From: Squalus acanthias
Taxonomy: Eukaryota
NCBI GenBank assembly: GCA_030390025.1
Contig: CM059431.1
Coordinates: forward strand, 107,572,001 to 107,636,000
Length of the DNA: 64,000 nt
Direction: 5' to 3'
Shown: positions 25,204-37,400 of the stretch, piece after piece
Position numbering within the stretch: the first letter of the stretch is position 1
Layout: each line of letters begins with the position of its first letter
Program-made: the position numbers and the translations under genes
Notes under the pieces: model-generated
Database searches by the model: none
Seen by the model: the letters and a program-made list of their open reading frames with translations, nothing else
What the model was told of the DNA's origin: nothing

Positions 25204-26410
25204 GGGCGGAATTTTCTGAGGTGGTAGCGGGCCCAATCAGCGGCAGGTCGGGTGGAAAAGTTGTTATTTTTGACAGTGGGTCGGGAATCGCGGCGCCGAC
25301 CTGCCCGGCAGTGGCGGGCGACCCAATTGAAATCATTATCAGGTAGTTTACAGGCACTTAAGAGCCTTTTATCACTTAATTTTTAAATTTCCCTGCATGC
25401 CAACGGGATTCACGCAGCTCGGGAACCACATCTGTCAACCTGAGGCAGGAGTTGAGTGGCCATTGCTCCAGCTGATTACTTGACAGCATCAAATGTACAT
25501 TAAAAGCTCCCACCTGACAGATGATCACTTTCCTCAGGCAGAAGCTGTTGCTCAGTCCATTTCCAGCACAGATTCTGCAGGCTGCAAGTCTTTCCAGCAA
25601 AGTCTCCATCCAGTCTCACCTCATTGGAAGAATTCTCTCACCATTGACAGAATGCTTCTGTCATCTGTACTTCACCTTCCATCAACATGGGTGCCCTTTA
25701 TATTGTCTCACCTTGGTCCTCAAAATCGGATCACGATGAGCCCCAACACCAGCAGCACCAGGCACACCAGCAGCACCAACAACAACACTACCAACCTTCT
25801 CCGCAATCACCTGATGATGCACAGGACACAGGGTATCAGCACCCGACCACATTGCTGCCCGGGAGGCCAGGGATGGCCTCACTTTGGCCAGATTTAGTTA
25901 ACTTTACATTGTACACCCATATGGCTGCCACATGATGCGCCAAGTTGGCACCACCCCACAACAACACCATAAAGCATCCCTACAATGTCCAAGCCATTCC
26001 TTTCACACTCATCACCATTGCGGGGGGTACCGTTACATCTCACCATTCACTGTAACTCCCTGCGTGACGGAGGGAGTCATCGGAGAGCCTGGGTGCAGCC
26101 CTCTGCCTCTGTGCAGCCGTTGTCAGCGTTTGCAGCACTCCAATGCTGTAGTGCACTGACAGCTCTATGTTAGATTAAACTTCAAATGCACTGTGGCCAT
26201 GGTCCCTTTAAAGAACCCGGCTGAAACACATCATGAATGACATCACCAGACCCGCTCAATCTCATTGGGCCGGGTAACGCGCTAGGCGAGCTTAATAGGC
26301 CCCATTAAGGTAAGTTCATTTTCAACAGCGGGATGGAGCCAGCAGCGGGGTCGCGACCCCCCACGGACACCGCCCGCACCGGACCTGCCCAGGTAGGCAA
26401 ATTTCCGGCC
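25204..26410 (-). mobile_element. Non-autonomous Harbinger derivative
   Basis: TIRs GGGCGGAATTTT / AAATTTCCGGCC; flanks TAG/TAT; fused transposase N- and C-termini on + (25687-25901); Myb start remnant on -. Confidence 0.8.
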
Positions 26411-27068
26411 TATGTTGCGGTCTGGTAATGAGCTCAGGTTAACTGATATATTACGGTTTTACTCTTCATTGCTATTTCACTGCCATTTAGTTGAATTCAG
26501 ATAAGATTTGTATGTTATCTATTCATAATTATAGAAATAATAGTTACTTGGAAGTGATTATAAGGCCATGATGAGACTGAAGGCTTTAATTGATGTAAAA
26601 AAACACTCAAGAGTGAAGATGGAGTGCTTTATACCCATCATTTGAAGTTGATGTTAAATTACAGCTCGGATATCATTTCAGAATTCATTTGTGGTATCAG
26701 CGTCAGCACAGTGGTGGGACTCTTGTCTCCAATGAGAAACAAACAGCCTTAATTAATTGTGATGTACCCATTGCAATTTTATTGACATTTTATTCATGTG
26801 CAAATGACTTGTGAAATAATACTGGGTGGCCTGCTGGTGGCACTGTCCAGGGAGAGTATAAATACTCAAGCATGGGCCCAGCTTGCTCAGGACATTCTTT
26901 AACAGGAACTAGTGAAGGACACAACTAGATCTCCATGTTGTAAAACAGTTGATTAAAGCCTTGTTTAATACTCAGACCAAGTGCCTAGTAGTTTTCTTAC
27001 GTCAATAGGTATGTTGTATCATGTTTAGTATATTATTGTTAATCAACAACTGAAAAAGTCAGTGTTAT

Positions 27069-27512
27069 AGAAAGAAAAACTTGCATTGATACGATGCCTT
27101 CCATGGCCTCAGGACATCTCAAAGCACTTCACAGCCAACAAAGTACTTTTGATGCGTAGTCACTGTTGTAATGTAAGGAAATGCAGTAGCCCATTTACAC
27201 ACAGCAAGGTCACTCAAAGAGCAATGAGATAAATGACCAGATAATCTGTTTTTGGTGTTGTTGGTTAAGGGATAAATGTTGGCCAGGATACCTGGAGAAC
27301 AACCCTGCTGTTCTTTGAAAAGTGCCATGGGATATCTGATGTCCACCTGAGAGGGCAGAAAGGGCCTCAGTTTAACATCGCAGCCAAAAGACAGCACCTC
27401 TGACAGTGCAGCAGTCCCTCAGTATTGCACTTCGTTATGTGCTCAAGTCTCTGGAGTGGGGTTTCAATCTGACGCACAGGCCGGAGTAATACAACTGAGC
27501 AAAGTCTGACAC
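27069..27512 (-). mobile_element. Deu-domain-like SINE, diverged
   Basis: Reverse complement of the family at 1-455. Confidence 0.8.
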
Positions 27513-27515
27513 CAG

Positions 27516-27826
27516 ATAGAAACATAGAAAAATAGGAGCAGGAGTAGGCCATTCGGCCCTTTGAGCCTGCTCCGCCATTCAATATGATCATGGCTGATCC
27601 TCTATCTCAATACCATATTCCCGCTCTCTCCCCATACCCCTTGATGCCCCTTGTGTCTAGAAATCTATCTATCTCCTTCTTAAATATATTCAGTGACTTG
27701 GCCTCCACAGCCTTCTGTGGTAGAGAATTCCACAGGTTCACCACCCTCTGAGTGAAGAAATTTCTCCTCATCTCAGTCCTAAATGTCCTACCCCGTATCC
27801 TGAGACTGTGACCCCTCGTTCTAGAG
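27516..27826 (-). mobile_element. CR1 3' fragment
   Basis: Nearly identical to the reverse complement of 22033-22340. Confidence 0.9.
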
Positions 27827-29361
27827 CCCCACTGCTATATACCAATAGGTAGTATAGGATAGAAATCGATATGTGTTGCGCCCATTTTTCGGACGTAAAT
27901 CGTGCGCAATGAACATCAGTTTAGCAGTGAGACATCCTGCGGCAAAGCGACGCAGGGATTGGTCCGACTGATAAATTTGTGGGGCCTACTTTTTAGGCAT
28001 CCCGGATGGATGCCTATAATAGGCCCCTTAACTCTGTTAATGAGGGGCCTAATGCCCGCCGAAGGACCCCTCGACAAAATGTGTTCCCAATGAGCGGGGC
28101 GGGCTTCGGGCTCAGGATTCTTCAGCGGCCGGCCCCCAACAAAAGATAAGTTTTTTAAAACCTGTTTTTTTTAACTATCTGTAGCGCCAAGAGGAGCAGG
28201 AGTGCTCCCAGCCATTCTGCAGCCCTGCTCCCCTTGGCGCGACAGATAGACATCATTGCCCGATCCAATCTGGAAGTTACTCGAGGGCCGACGCTGGCGG
28301 AATGACAGTCCTTACTCCCGTGGGCGCGAGCTGTGGCGGCGCGACCGGCGAAGATGTAGATGAGGCCTCATTTTGGGATGCCCTCGGGCCTCTCTGTCCA
28401 GATGCACGCTACTCGCGCAGCGCCGAGTCTGTGCCCGAGAATGGATCTAGAGAAAGCTGTCTCGATCATAATTATTGTCCTTCTGCTCATATCAGGTCAA
28501 CCCTTCCACACTCTGCACTGCCACCAAGTAAGTAACATTGAAACCAAAAGAAATTTACATAAAGTCATAGAAAGTAAGATATTGTTACCTTCTTTTCTTT
28601 CTCTGCTTTTTGCACTTGCAATAGGAGTTCTGTCCCCAGCCTTTAGGGGACGCTTAAAAATCAAAGAGGTTCACATTGGTGTCACGATTCACAAATGCTT
28701 TTATGTTATTTGACAGCTATTTGCCAAACTACTACCAATTCTCTAGCAAAGTAATTCAGGAAATGTTAAGAGTTTAATTAACTGGAGTATGTGTGAGGAT
28801 ATATCAGGCCGGAGAAGAGCCAGAATACAACTTTCCAAGTGTCATGCCTCTGGTCAGTGGGTGGATTCGGGGAGCAGGTTTAAGTAATCCACGACTTTTA
28901 GTGAAAACTTAAATGTGTGTAGAAGGAACACGTTTACAATTTTGCTATCAATAGCGAACTTTGGAAATCTTCTTCCTTGGTCTTTCTAACTATCATGAAT
29001 CCTTTGGGCGAGAAATTCATTATCGCCCAGGAGTGGGCGCTAACTTTGGAAAAGTTTGAGATTTAGCGCCAGGCGCTAATGAATCTCGCTGCACGCAAAA
29101 TTCATTGTCATCGCTCAAAGAAAGGACGGGAGCGCTAAATCAAGCACTAACGGCCCAGTTCAGTGGTGTTACACTCAAAGCACTGACCAATATCAGGTGC
29201 AGTCTAATCGCAAGTCATCATTGCCACAGGCTCTTTCCAGTTCTTAAAGGGGAGGTTCATTCATGCTGCAGAACCTCATTCTCAGCATTGCTGCCTGTGA
29301 ACCTGTATCAGCAAACAGGAGCAGGCCAAGCCCAAGGAGCCGGATGACTCAAGCAGGTTTC

Positions 29362-31326
29362 ATGATGGCAGACGTACGCCCCAGGGAGATAGCCCGCAGA
29401 TTTTCGGACCAAGCATTCGAAGAGTTGGTGTCCACTGTGGCGAGACGGAGGGCAGTGTTGTACCCAGCAAGTGGCAGGAGGCCCTCGCCGTAAGTCTTCC
29501 GTGCCATGTGGAGGGAGGTAACCCATCAGGTCTCAGGCAGCACTGTGGTCCCCAGGACCCACACACAGTGCAGGAAGAAATTTAACAACCTCACTCTGGA
29601 GGTCAGGGTGAGTCAATGTCTCAACAAATGTTACATACCACCATCTGAACCACAGTCTGCACACACTGCCCAAAGCACCACACCCCCAGCACTCACCCAT
29701 CAACAATCTCTACCTACCAACACTCAAACCCACATCTCACACCTTGTGCACAATGACAGCTATTCAACTATGGCAGGCACATCACCCAAACACCTTGCTC
29801 CACACTCACTCACATACTTTCTTTTGTCTTGCAGGCCAAGATGGCTCACAACAGGAGGGAACAGGAGCGCACAGGCGGGGGACAAGCTGACACCCAACCA
29901 CTGTCTGCGCTGGAGAATCGCGTGCTGGAGCTTTTTGGGCGCCAGGTGGTGGGCGCCATGGCCGCCGGCAACATTGACCCACTTGGGGACAACAACGGTA
30001 TGTTCATCCCTACTCCTTCTTCTCACATCCCACTTCCCCCTCACCCCTCAAGCCTTTCGCACTTTCCAGCTAATCATGTTGTATGCAAGCGTTTCTCCCT
30101 TCCTACCCCCCTCCCCTCACCTTAACCTGTCTCTTGTGCCTTTATGCTTTCAGATAATGAGCAAGCACCTGAGCAGCCTGTCCCTGAGGGCACCATAGAG
30201 AGTGAGGCGGGAGAAGAGGAGGAGGAACACACCGCTTCACTGCATGTCTCACCCGCAGGCACCAGCTCAGATACTGGCACTACGCGTTCTTTAGAGGCTA
30301 GTATAGTAGCGGGATCTGCACAGGGTGATGCACCGGGGACGAGCGGGCTGCAGCAAGGCTGGGGGAAAGGGTAGCTCGGGGGCCAGCTCCCCGGAGAGCG
30401 AGTTCTACTGCACAGAACTCAGATGAGGACCTCGATGGGGAGGTCTTTAGAAGAAGCGTAACGGGCATGCACACCGAGATCATAGGTACAATGGCAAGGT
30501 TGCCCGAGAGCCTCTCGGCAATGGTAAGGAGCATGGAGGAGTCCACCTCCAACAGTGCACAAGGCTTTGCTCACACCATGGAGCCCATCATTTCCAGTCT
30601 GCAATGGATGGTAGACTCCCAGAGAGACTGTGGCGACCCAGACCTGATGCCGCGTGTGATGGGCGATCGGGCAGCTTCCATTGCAGCACAGGTGGAAGCG
30701 ATGCCATGTCTTAGTGCTGTAATGCAGTCTATGCTTGGTGCCATTCAATCTCAGACTGCTCTCAGATGCCATGCAAGCTCTGACTGCTGCCAACATGGCT
30801 GGATCTACCACCATCGACCAGGGTTTTAAGGTGTCGCAGCAGGCCAGCAATCTGTGCTCCAGGAGATTGCTAGTGATGCTGCCCCGGGGGATTGGCAGTA
30901 GGTCAGTGGATCAGGAAGCTGCTGTCCTCTCTCAGGATGACAGCATTCCTGCTCCCACCACTGGCACTCCGCCAGTGCCCTTGTCACTGCCTGTCATCCA
31001 GCCAGCTCAGACTGCTGCCGTCCATGCTGAGGTGGTGCAGAGCTGGTCGAGAGCAGCCTGCAAGGCCCAGAGCTGGTCAAGGGCAGCCTGCAAGGCCCAG
31101 AGCTAGTCGAGGGCAGCCTGCAAGGCCCAGAGCTGGTCGAGGGCAGCCTGCAAGGCCCAGAGCTGGTCGAGAGCGACCTGGAAGAACATCTGAAGTCTCC
31201 CGCATGGACACTCAGCAGCCTTCCACCCGCCGTGCTGCAGCCACTGGGCCAACACTTCGTAGGAGCACTGGAGTAGGCAAAGGCACAGTAACGACAGGCA
31301 CCAAGAGATTGCACAAGGGTGAATAG
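29362..31326 (+). pseudogene. Harbinger Myb/SANT-like gene; exons 29362-29607, 29835-29997, 30154-31326
   Basis: RRFSDQAFEELV...WREVTHQV...RTHTQCRKKFNNL | AKMAHNRREQERTGGG | DNEQAPE...; canonical GT-AG introns in phases 0 and 1; premature TAA at 29491 and frameshifts in exon 3. Confidence 0.88.
31038..31174 (+). repeat. 30-bp minisatellite, about 4.5 copies
   Basis: Unit CAGAGCTGGTCGAGGGCAGCCTGCAAGGCC. Confidence 0.95.
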
Positions 31327-31491
31327 TAAATATTGTTGTTTTAAAGATGTGCTCACTGATTATTGATAAATTTATTAATACACTTCGAATAATTTTGTAC
31401 TATCTCTCATTTCAGCTGTGCGTTGTGATATGGCCTGCGACAGGGATAGAATGATGGGGATGTGGTGAGCAACGGAGATCTGGGGTTGAAG

Positions 31492-32665
31492 TTACTGGAA
31501 CCGCAGTCTGATGAGGCGGTAACGAACCGCCCTTCCGGAAGGCCGATTGAGTGGCTGCCTCTTCCCTCGCTCTTGTTCCTCCTCCTCCTCCTCCTCCTCC
31601 TCGTCTTCCTCATCCTCCTCATCGTCCTCCTCCTGAGGTGGTCCCGCAATCCATGTTGGCAAGGGCTGGACCCTCATGATCGCCAGATTGTGAAGCTTGC
31701 AGCAGACCATGGCAAAATGGGACACCCACTCAGCCGAGTACTGGAGGGCTCCTCCCGAGCGGTCAAAGCAGCGGAACCGTTGCTTGAGCACTCCGATGGT
31801 CTGCTCGATGATGTTCCTGGTGACAGCGTAGCTCTCATTATATGAGTGCTGAGCAGGAGTGTTGGGGTTGTGGAGGGGAGCCATGAGCCAGTTGGAGAGC
31901 GGATACCCCTTGCCTCCGACCAGCCAGCCGCGAGCTTGGTGTGTGGCTGGAAGAGTGCTGGAAGAGGATGGCGCAGGATGAAGGCATCGTGGCTGCTGCC
32001 AGGATAGCGGGTATTCACATTGAGGATTCGATGTCTGTGGTCGCACACCAACTGCACATTAAGTGAGTGGTAGCCTTTGTGGTTACGGAAGATCTCAGGA
32101 TTGTTATGCGGTGCCCACAAAGCCACGTGGGCGCAGCCAATGATGCCCTGCCCCATGGGGAATTCCGCTAACCTGGCAAAGCCACATGCACGTTCGTCCT
32201 GCTTCTCTCTGGTGATGGGGAAGGAAATGTAATCCCTTCTCCTACTGTCGAGAGCCTCTGTGACCTCCCAGATGCAGCGATGGACAGCGAACTGCGAGAT
32301 GTTACCTATATCTCCTGTTGCAGACTGGAAGGATCTGCTGGCGAAGAAATTGAGGGCGACGGTGACCTTGACTGCCACTGAGAGAGTCGTTTTCACCCCG
32401 ATCTGAGGCTGGAGGTCTGGTTGCAGGAGGTGGTAGAGCTCTGTGACCACCTCCTTGGTGAAACAGTGCCTTCTAAGTCACTGCTCCTCACTTAATTGGA
32501 GGTAGGAGAAGTGCTCTCGGAAGACCCTCGGAGGGTAAGGCCTCCTGTTGAGAGCCTGATGGCCCTCCTCCTCCCTCTGGCCACATGTTCTAATCTTTCT
32601 CGCTGCCTCCGCTCCCTCCGCAGTAGATCCTGGAGGGCGAGGTCGACTGCCAGTACAGCCCCCAT
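31492..32665 (-). pseudogene. HARBI1-type DDE transposase pseudogene
   Basis: VKVTVALNFFAS, FRNHKGYHSLNVQLVCD, YPGSSHDAFIL, WLVGGKGYP, IEQTIGVLKQRFRCFD, CCKLHNLA, acidic tail; frameshifts and a stop. Confidence 0.93.
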
Positions 32666-33090
32666 TAATATAACTAAATGTAGCAATTTGATATGTTGTC
32701 AGAAAAAATGTAACTAATTTTTTGTAGCCACAACACTCCGGAGACGAAACAACCTTTAAATGACTGAATTAAACTGTTGCACAATGTCAAACTGACAAGG
32801 AAGCAGTGAAACAGCACTAACCTGAGAGCTCTCACTGACGTCACGATCTGCCTGGCGTTGATGTGCCCAGCACTAACTCGTAGCGGCGGCGCTACGGGGG
32901 GGGGGGGGGGGGCGCGAATTTGGCGTGCGCCGCTGGATTCACCTCGCTTCACTGCGGCGCTACTGCCTCAGCGCCCCGTTAGTGCCCCCGCCAGGCGCTA
33001 ACTGGAGGCGCCAAGGTACCGAATTTCTCCCCTTTGTTTTTTGTCTTTCAACATGGTTTAATCTCCAAGATGAAACCCTTCCCACACATT

Positions 33091-33832
33091 GGGGGAAATT
33101 TTATCAATGGGGGCGCGTTGGGGGTGGGACTGCTGGTTGTCGGGTTTTAGTCCCGCCCCCAACGACGTCCGGCCAACCCACGCTATTTTCCCTTGATTGA
33201 CCTTGTTAAGCCCGCCCTGCAGGCTTAGCAGACCAATTAAGGGAAAGCCAGTGACAGAGAACATCAGTGTATGTTTGAGAAGCTGTCAAACACTGACATT
33301 CTCTATTGGTTGATGAGTTCTTGCACTCAAGACTCACCAAACCTCTTTCCTGAGCAGAAATCAGATGGCTGCTGCATCGAAGAATGCAGCAGCCATTCTG
33401 TCATCTCTGCCGTGGAGATGAGATGCCTCCGGATCCCCAACGATTGAAGCCCGCAGGAAGAAACAAAGGTATGGAAACTTTTTCTAACACTTTTCACTCA
33501 CCTCCCATACTTACCTCTCCACACTTCCATCACTCACCTCCACAGTCCACTTTTTCGACCCCTCTCACCCCCGCAGACCCACTGCTCTCCTCGCTGACCC
33601 TGGCAGGGTTTCCCAATGTCGGGAAGCCTGCACCTCTGTTGGAAAAATGGGGATAAGCCTCTTAACTGCCTGTTAACTACCTGTTAACAGGCAGTTAAGT
33701 GGCTGTAATCCCCTTCCCGCCTCGAGGAGACGGGTCCCATGTGCGAGTCGGGGAACCCTCTCCCAGTTTCTGCCATTTTCCCGGCAGTCCCGCCTCCAAA
33801 CCCGCCTCCCCAGGGCTGGCAAAGTTCCCCCC
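33091..33832. mobile_element. Harbinger-type MITE, same family as 23920-24763
   Basis: Ends GGGGGAAATTTT / AAAGTTCCCCCC; shared internal blocks and palindrome. Confidence 0.8.
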
Positions 33833-34080
33833 AACCTCTTTACTCTTCTAACTCTAGTCTCTTAAGCAGCTCCCTCCCTTTACCCCAGCATTGGAGGTTA
33901 TGCCTTCAGTTGCCTAGGCTGTGGAATTCCCTTCCTAAATCTCTCCACCTCTCCAGCTCCCTCTCCTCCTTTAAGACTCTCCTTAAAATCCACCATTTTG
34001 CCCCTGTTAATGTCTCCTTACTTTGGCTCGGCATTCATTTTTTTTTTCCTTACATCTCTTTGAAGCACCTCGAGAATAGT
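33833..34080 (+). mobile_element. L2 3' fragment
   Basis: LWNSLPKSL...SFKTLLK; colinear with 7890-8140. Confidence 0.75.
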
Positions 34081-34407
34081 TTCTAAGTGGACTTTGCGGT
34101 AAAAAAAATAGATTTAATTCCTGGAACCATTATATAAAATAATTCCCAGGGATGTAATTATTGTGAGCTTCTACCTCATTCAGCCCATAATGCTGAACAG
34201 ATTTGATTCAATTCTGAACTGGTGACTGCAAGAGAATCAGACCGAACAGCATATTCTGGAAGAGTCAGCAATCAGAAGGCACTTTAAACCACATCCTCTG
34301 AACAAAATCCCCTGTTCCAGCAGTTTGGAGAAAGCATGGGGGGGAAATGACCAATGGTGCTGAGGATAGACCTGTATCTCTGTGCTTGTTTAGGAAACAC
34401 AAACTAT

Positions 34408-37400
34408 GGGCTGGATTTTGCCAATGTGGGCGGGCTGGGGCGTGTCAGGTGGGATTCGTGTCAGGACCCCGACTCTGAAGTGAAGTATTGAAAAATTGCG
34501 ACTTTCCCCTAATTGGGCAATTGATTTCCAGTGTGTGGGAACCCCTGGCCCAATGAGTCTTTTCATTCAGAAAGTCACCTCCGATGATGTCATCAGTGCT
34601 GCTGGATTTAAGGCCTGCAAGCAGCCTTGCTTCCTCTGGAGACTGCAAACGCTTTGGAAATTGTATGAAGGACTTAATTTACCGACCATGTCCACCAGCA
34701 AGCAAAAGTGTGCACCTCGCTTTGGTGAGCCTTCCCTCCAAGCTCTGGTGCAGGGAGCAAGATCTAATAAGGAGGAGCTCTTCCCTTCCTCAGGGAGAAA
34801 AAAGCCACCCCAGCAGACTAAAGCTGTGTGGCTGCAAGTGGCCGAGGAGGTCAGCTCCATCTCGCTGAGCCGCAGAACCTGGCTGCAGTGCAGAAGAGGT
34901 TTCATGATCTTCTCCGCACAGGAAAAGTGAGTATGACTTTCCCATCACCCTCTATCTGATTCCCATCGCCTCTCCTCACCAGCACTCTGCTTTGCCAACC
35001 TCTTCCTTCACTCCCATTTGACACTTACATCCCTGCACCCTTACCCATTCCCTCTCTCTCTATGGTCACATTCACTTAACTATTCGACCATGCAGCCCTC
35101 ACACTCCCTTTCACTTTGATGCAATGACAACAACAACTTACAACACACAGGGAGGGCCCTTTGTCTCCTTCTAAGCATCTATGCTATGGATTCTCTACAT
35201 TCACTCCTTCATTCTCACTTAAACTCCACTTGTGTCCCTCATTGCAAGAAAAGAGAGCCCACAATAAGAGGGAAAGAGCCATGACAGGAGGAGGGCCACC
35301 CTCAGTAGCCCAGCTCACCGCTTGGGAGGAGGCGGCCCTGGAAATCGCCGGGATCGAGGAGGATTCCCAAGTGGGGGACGGACAGACGGGCACATCACAG
35401 CAAACTGGTGACAGAATAGTTTGGCATCTCTCTCATTGACATTGCATGAGTCACTGATAATGAATCTGATGCTCTAACAGATTGACTTATGATCATCTGC
35501 ACTATTCAATGTGCATGTAACCTTGACCTCACATCTCAAACTCTTTCCTTTACTCCCCCACAGGACCATCGAAAGCCCCCGTCCCCACTGTCCAGGAGGA
35601 AGAACCTGAGCTTCCAGACTCCTCAGAGGAAGCTGCAACCTCTGAGGCCGCAGCCTCAGCAGAATTCAGCGCACCCAGCACCAGCGCAGACACTCACATC
35701 TCGGTGGGACCTTCGCGAGATAGAGTAGTGTTGGCACCTGGTGTATCACAGCTCACAAGTGAGCATCAGCAGATGGTGGAGACAGGGACAGCAGTGGAGA
35801 GTCCTCGTCGGAGGGCGCAGGACTCTGCCAGTTCGGCTCAGCTGCATGTCGACCCTGTGCCTCCGGGTCCATCCAGAAGGAGAGCGGTGCTGGAACTCCA
35901 GGAACAGGTGTAGGAGTCTCTGACAGGCTTTGTCTCCAGGATCGCTGCGAGTGTGGAGCGAATGGAGGAGTCCATCGTGAACATGAGCAGAGCCTTTGTG
36001 GAGGCATTGGTGCATGAACGCATCACCACGGAAAGGATAGCAACCTCCGTGGAAAGGATGGCTACCTCCGTGGTAAGGCTGGCTACCGTAGAGGAGAGGA
36101 TGGCTATCGTCGAGGAGAGGATGGCTATGGCCATGGAGGAGCTAAATCGCCAGGGTATGGAAAACATGGTAATTGTTCAGAATAGAATGACATCTCTTGA
36201 GGAGCGATGGTCAGCTATTGAGCATACAAACCAGACCTTCATGGAAGTCCTCTGGAGTAGGACTTCCAGTGCAAAAACGGGTCCTTATGGCCCCCCTGAA
36301 GTGCAGCAAGGTGCTGTCAAGCCACTTGCTAGCTCTGAAGTGGGGCTGACCCATGAGAGGGATGTTGGTGGCAGACAACAAGGAAGTGGGGGCTCCTCTC
36401 CAAGCGCTCACACGACCATGCCACTGCAGAGCACTCGGTCAGAGCCCCACCAGAGTCCTCACCCAACTGAGATGGGCATCTCAGCCCCTGCACAGCCGCA
36501 GGAGCAGCAGACTGTTGGCGAGCCCGCACAGGTTCGCCACCCCAGAGGACGCCCGCCAAAGGCGTCGAGACAGGAGCAGCAAGAAAGTAAGCAAGGGGCC
36601 TCCACATCTGCTGAAGCTACAGGGGAAGCACCACGTAGGAGCACGCGTAAGAGGAAGATAAAGCACAAATAGTCACAAGGGTAGTCACTTGGGTGCTGTG
36701 ATGTATTGTATTTGGACCAGCCATCATTGTCATTGTACTATAAACAGATTTGATAGCAAACTGTTGAAGTTGTGGCCTGTGTCATTTTGCAAATGGGACT
36801 TTCACATTGAGGGCTTAGGGCGCCTTGCAATTGTCAGTATGGTGGTCAGAGTGATAGGAAACTGCAGGTTCTTGTCCATTGTCGATGCTCTGGTAAGAAG
36901 GTGCGAGACAAAAGTGTTTGATTGTACAGACTAATTAAATCTGGCCAAGATGAGTGTGTCCCTTGCATCCCGGGCAGCAATGTTGTCATGCGCTAGCGCC
37001 TTCTGGCCTGTGCAGCTTCAGGTGGGTGACTAGCAGCTTGGCGCTCCTGTTGATGCTCCTGCTGTTGATGCTGCGGTTGCTCATGGTTCTGCTGCTGCCG
37101 TGGCTGGTCTTCATCCGAATCTGATGTCCAGGAGGAAAGGAATTAAATGGTCGCCATGCTTGTGGTATATGCCTCAGTTAAGGAAGCGCTCAGTCAAGGC
37201 TGGGAGAGGGGTTTCCCAGGAGGTCACACTGGAGATGGGTGTCAGGCTCCAAACTTCCACAACAATGAGTAGGCCTGCTAAAAGTTCACCCAGACCTGAG
37301 ACAACAAAGTTCTGCCACCTGCAAATGATCATCGGTGAAAACTCCTTTGTAATGGTGGAGCTGCAGCTGTTAGTAAGCAATCCAATTGTGAGGCCGCCAG

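Larger units (their letters stand above)
29006..33032. mobile_element. Complete two-gene PIF/Harbinger transposon, decayed
   Basis: TIRs GGGCGAGAAATTC / GAATTTCTCCCC; TTT on both flanks; convergent Myb-like (+) and transposase (-) genes; many subterminal TAGCGCC/GGCGCTA motifs. Confidence 0.92.

Noticed and set aside
27858..28450. CpG-rich island-like segment
   Set aside because: It resembles the CpG-rich arms of the MITEs here; I could not define its ends, so I called it neither a promoter nor an element.
28496..28527. 32-bp AG...GTAAGT micro-exon candidate
   Set aside because: Isolated, with no recognisable peptide or partner exons; expected by chance in 64 kb.
31038..31174. Regular 30-bp repeats resembling a CRISPR array
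   Set aside because: No spacers, head-to-tail units, and located inside a eukaryotic transposon.
31492..32665. Possible domesticated host HARBI1 gene
   Set aside because: It has frameshifts and a stop and lies within TIRs beside a Myb partner, so it is a transposon copy.
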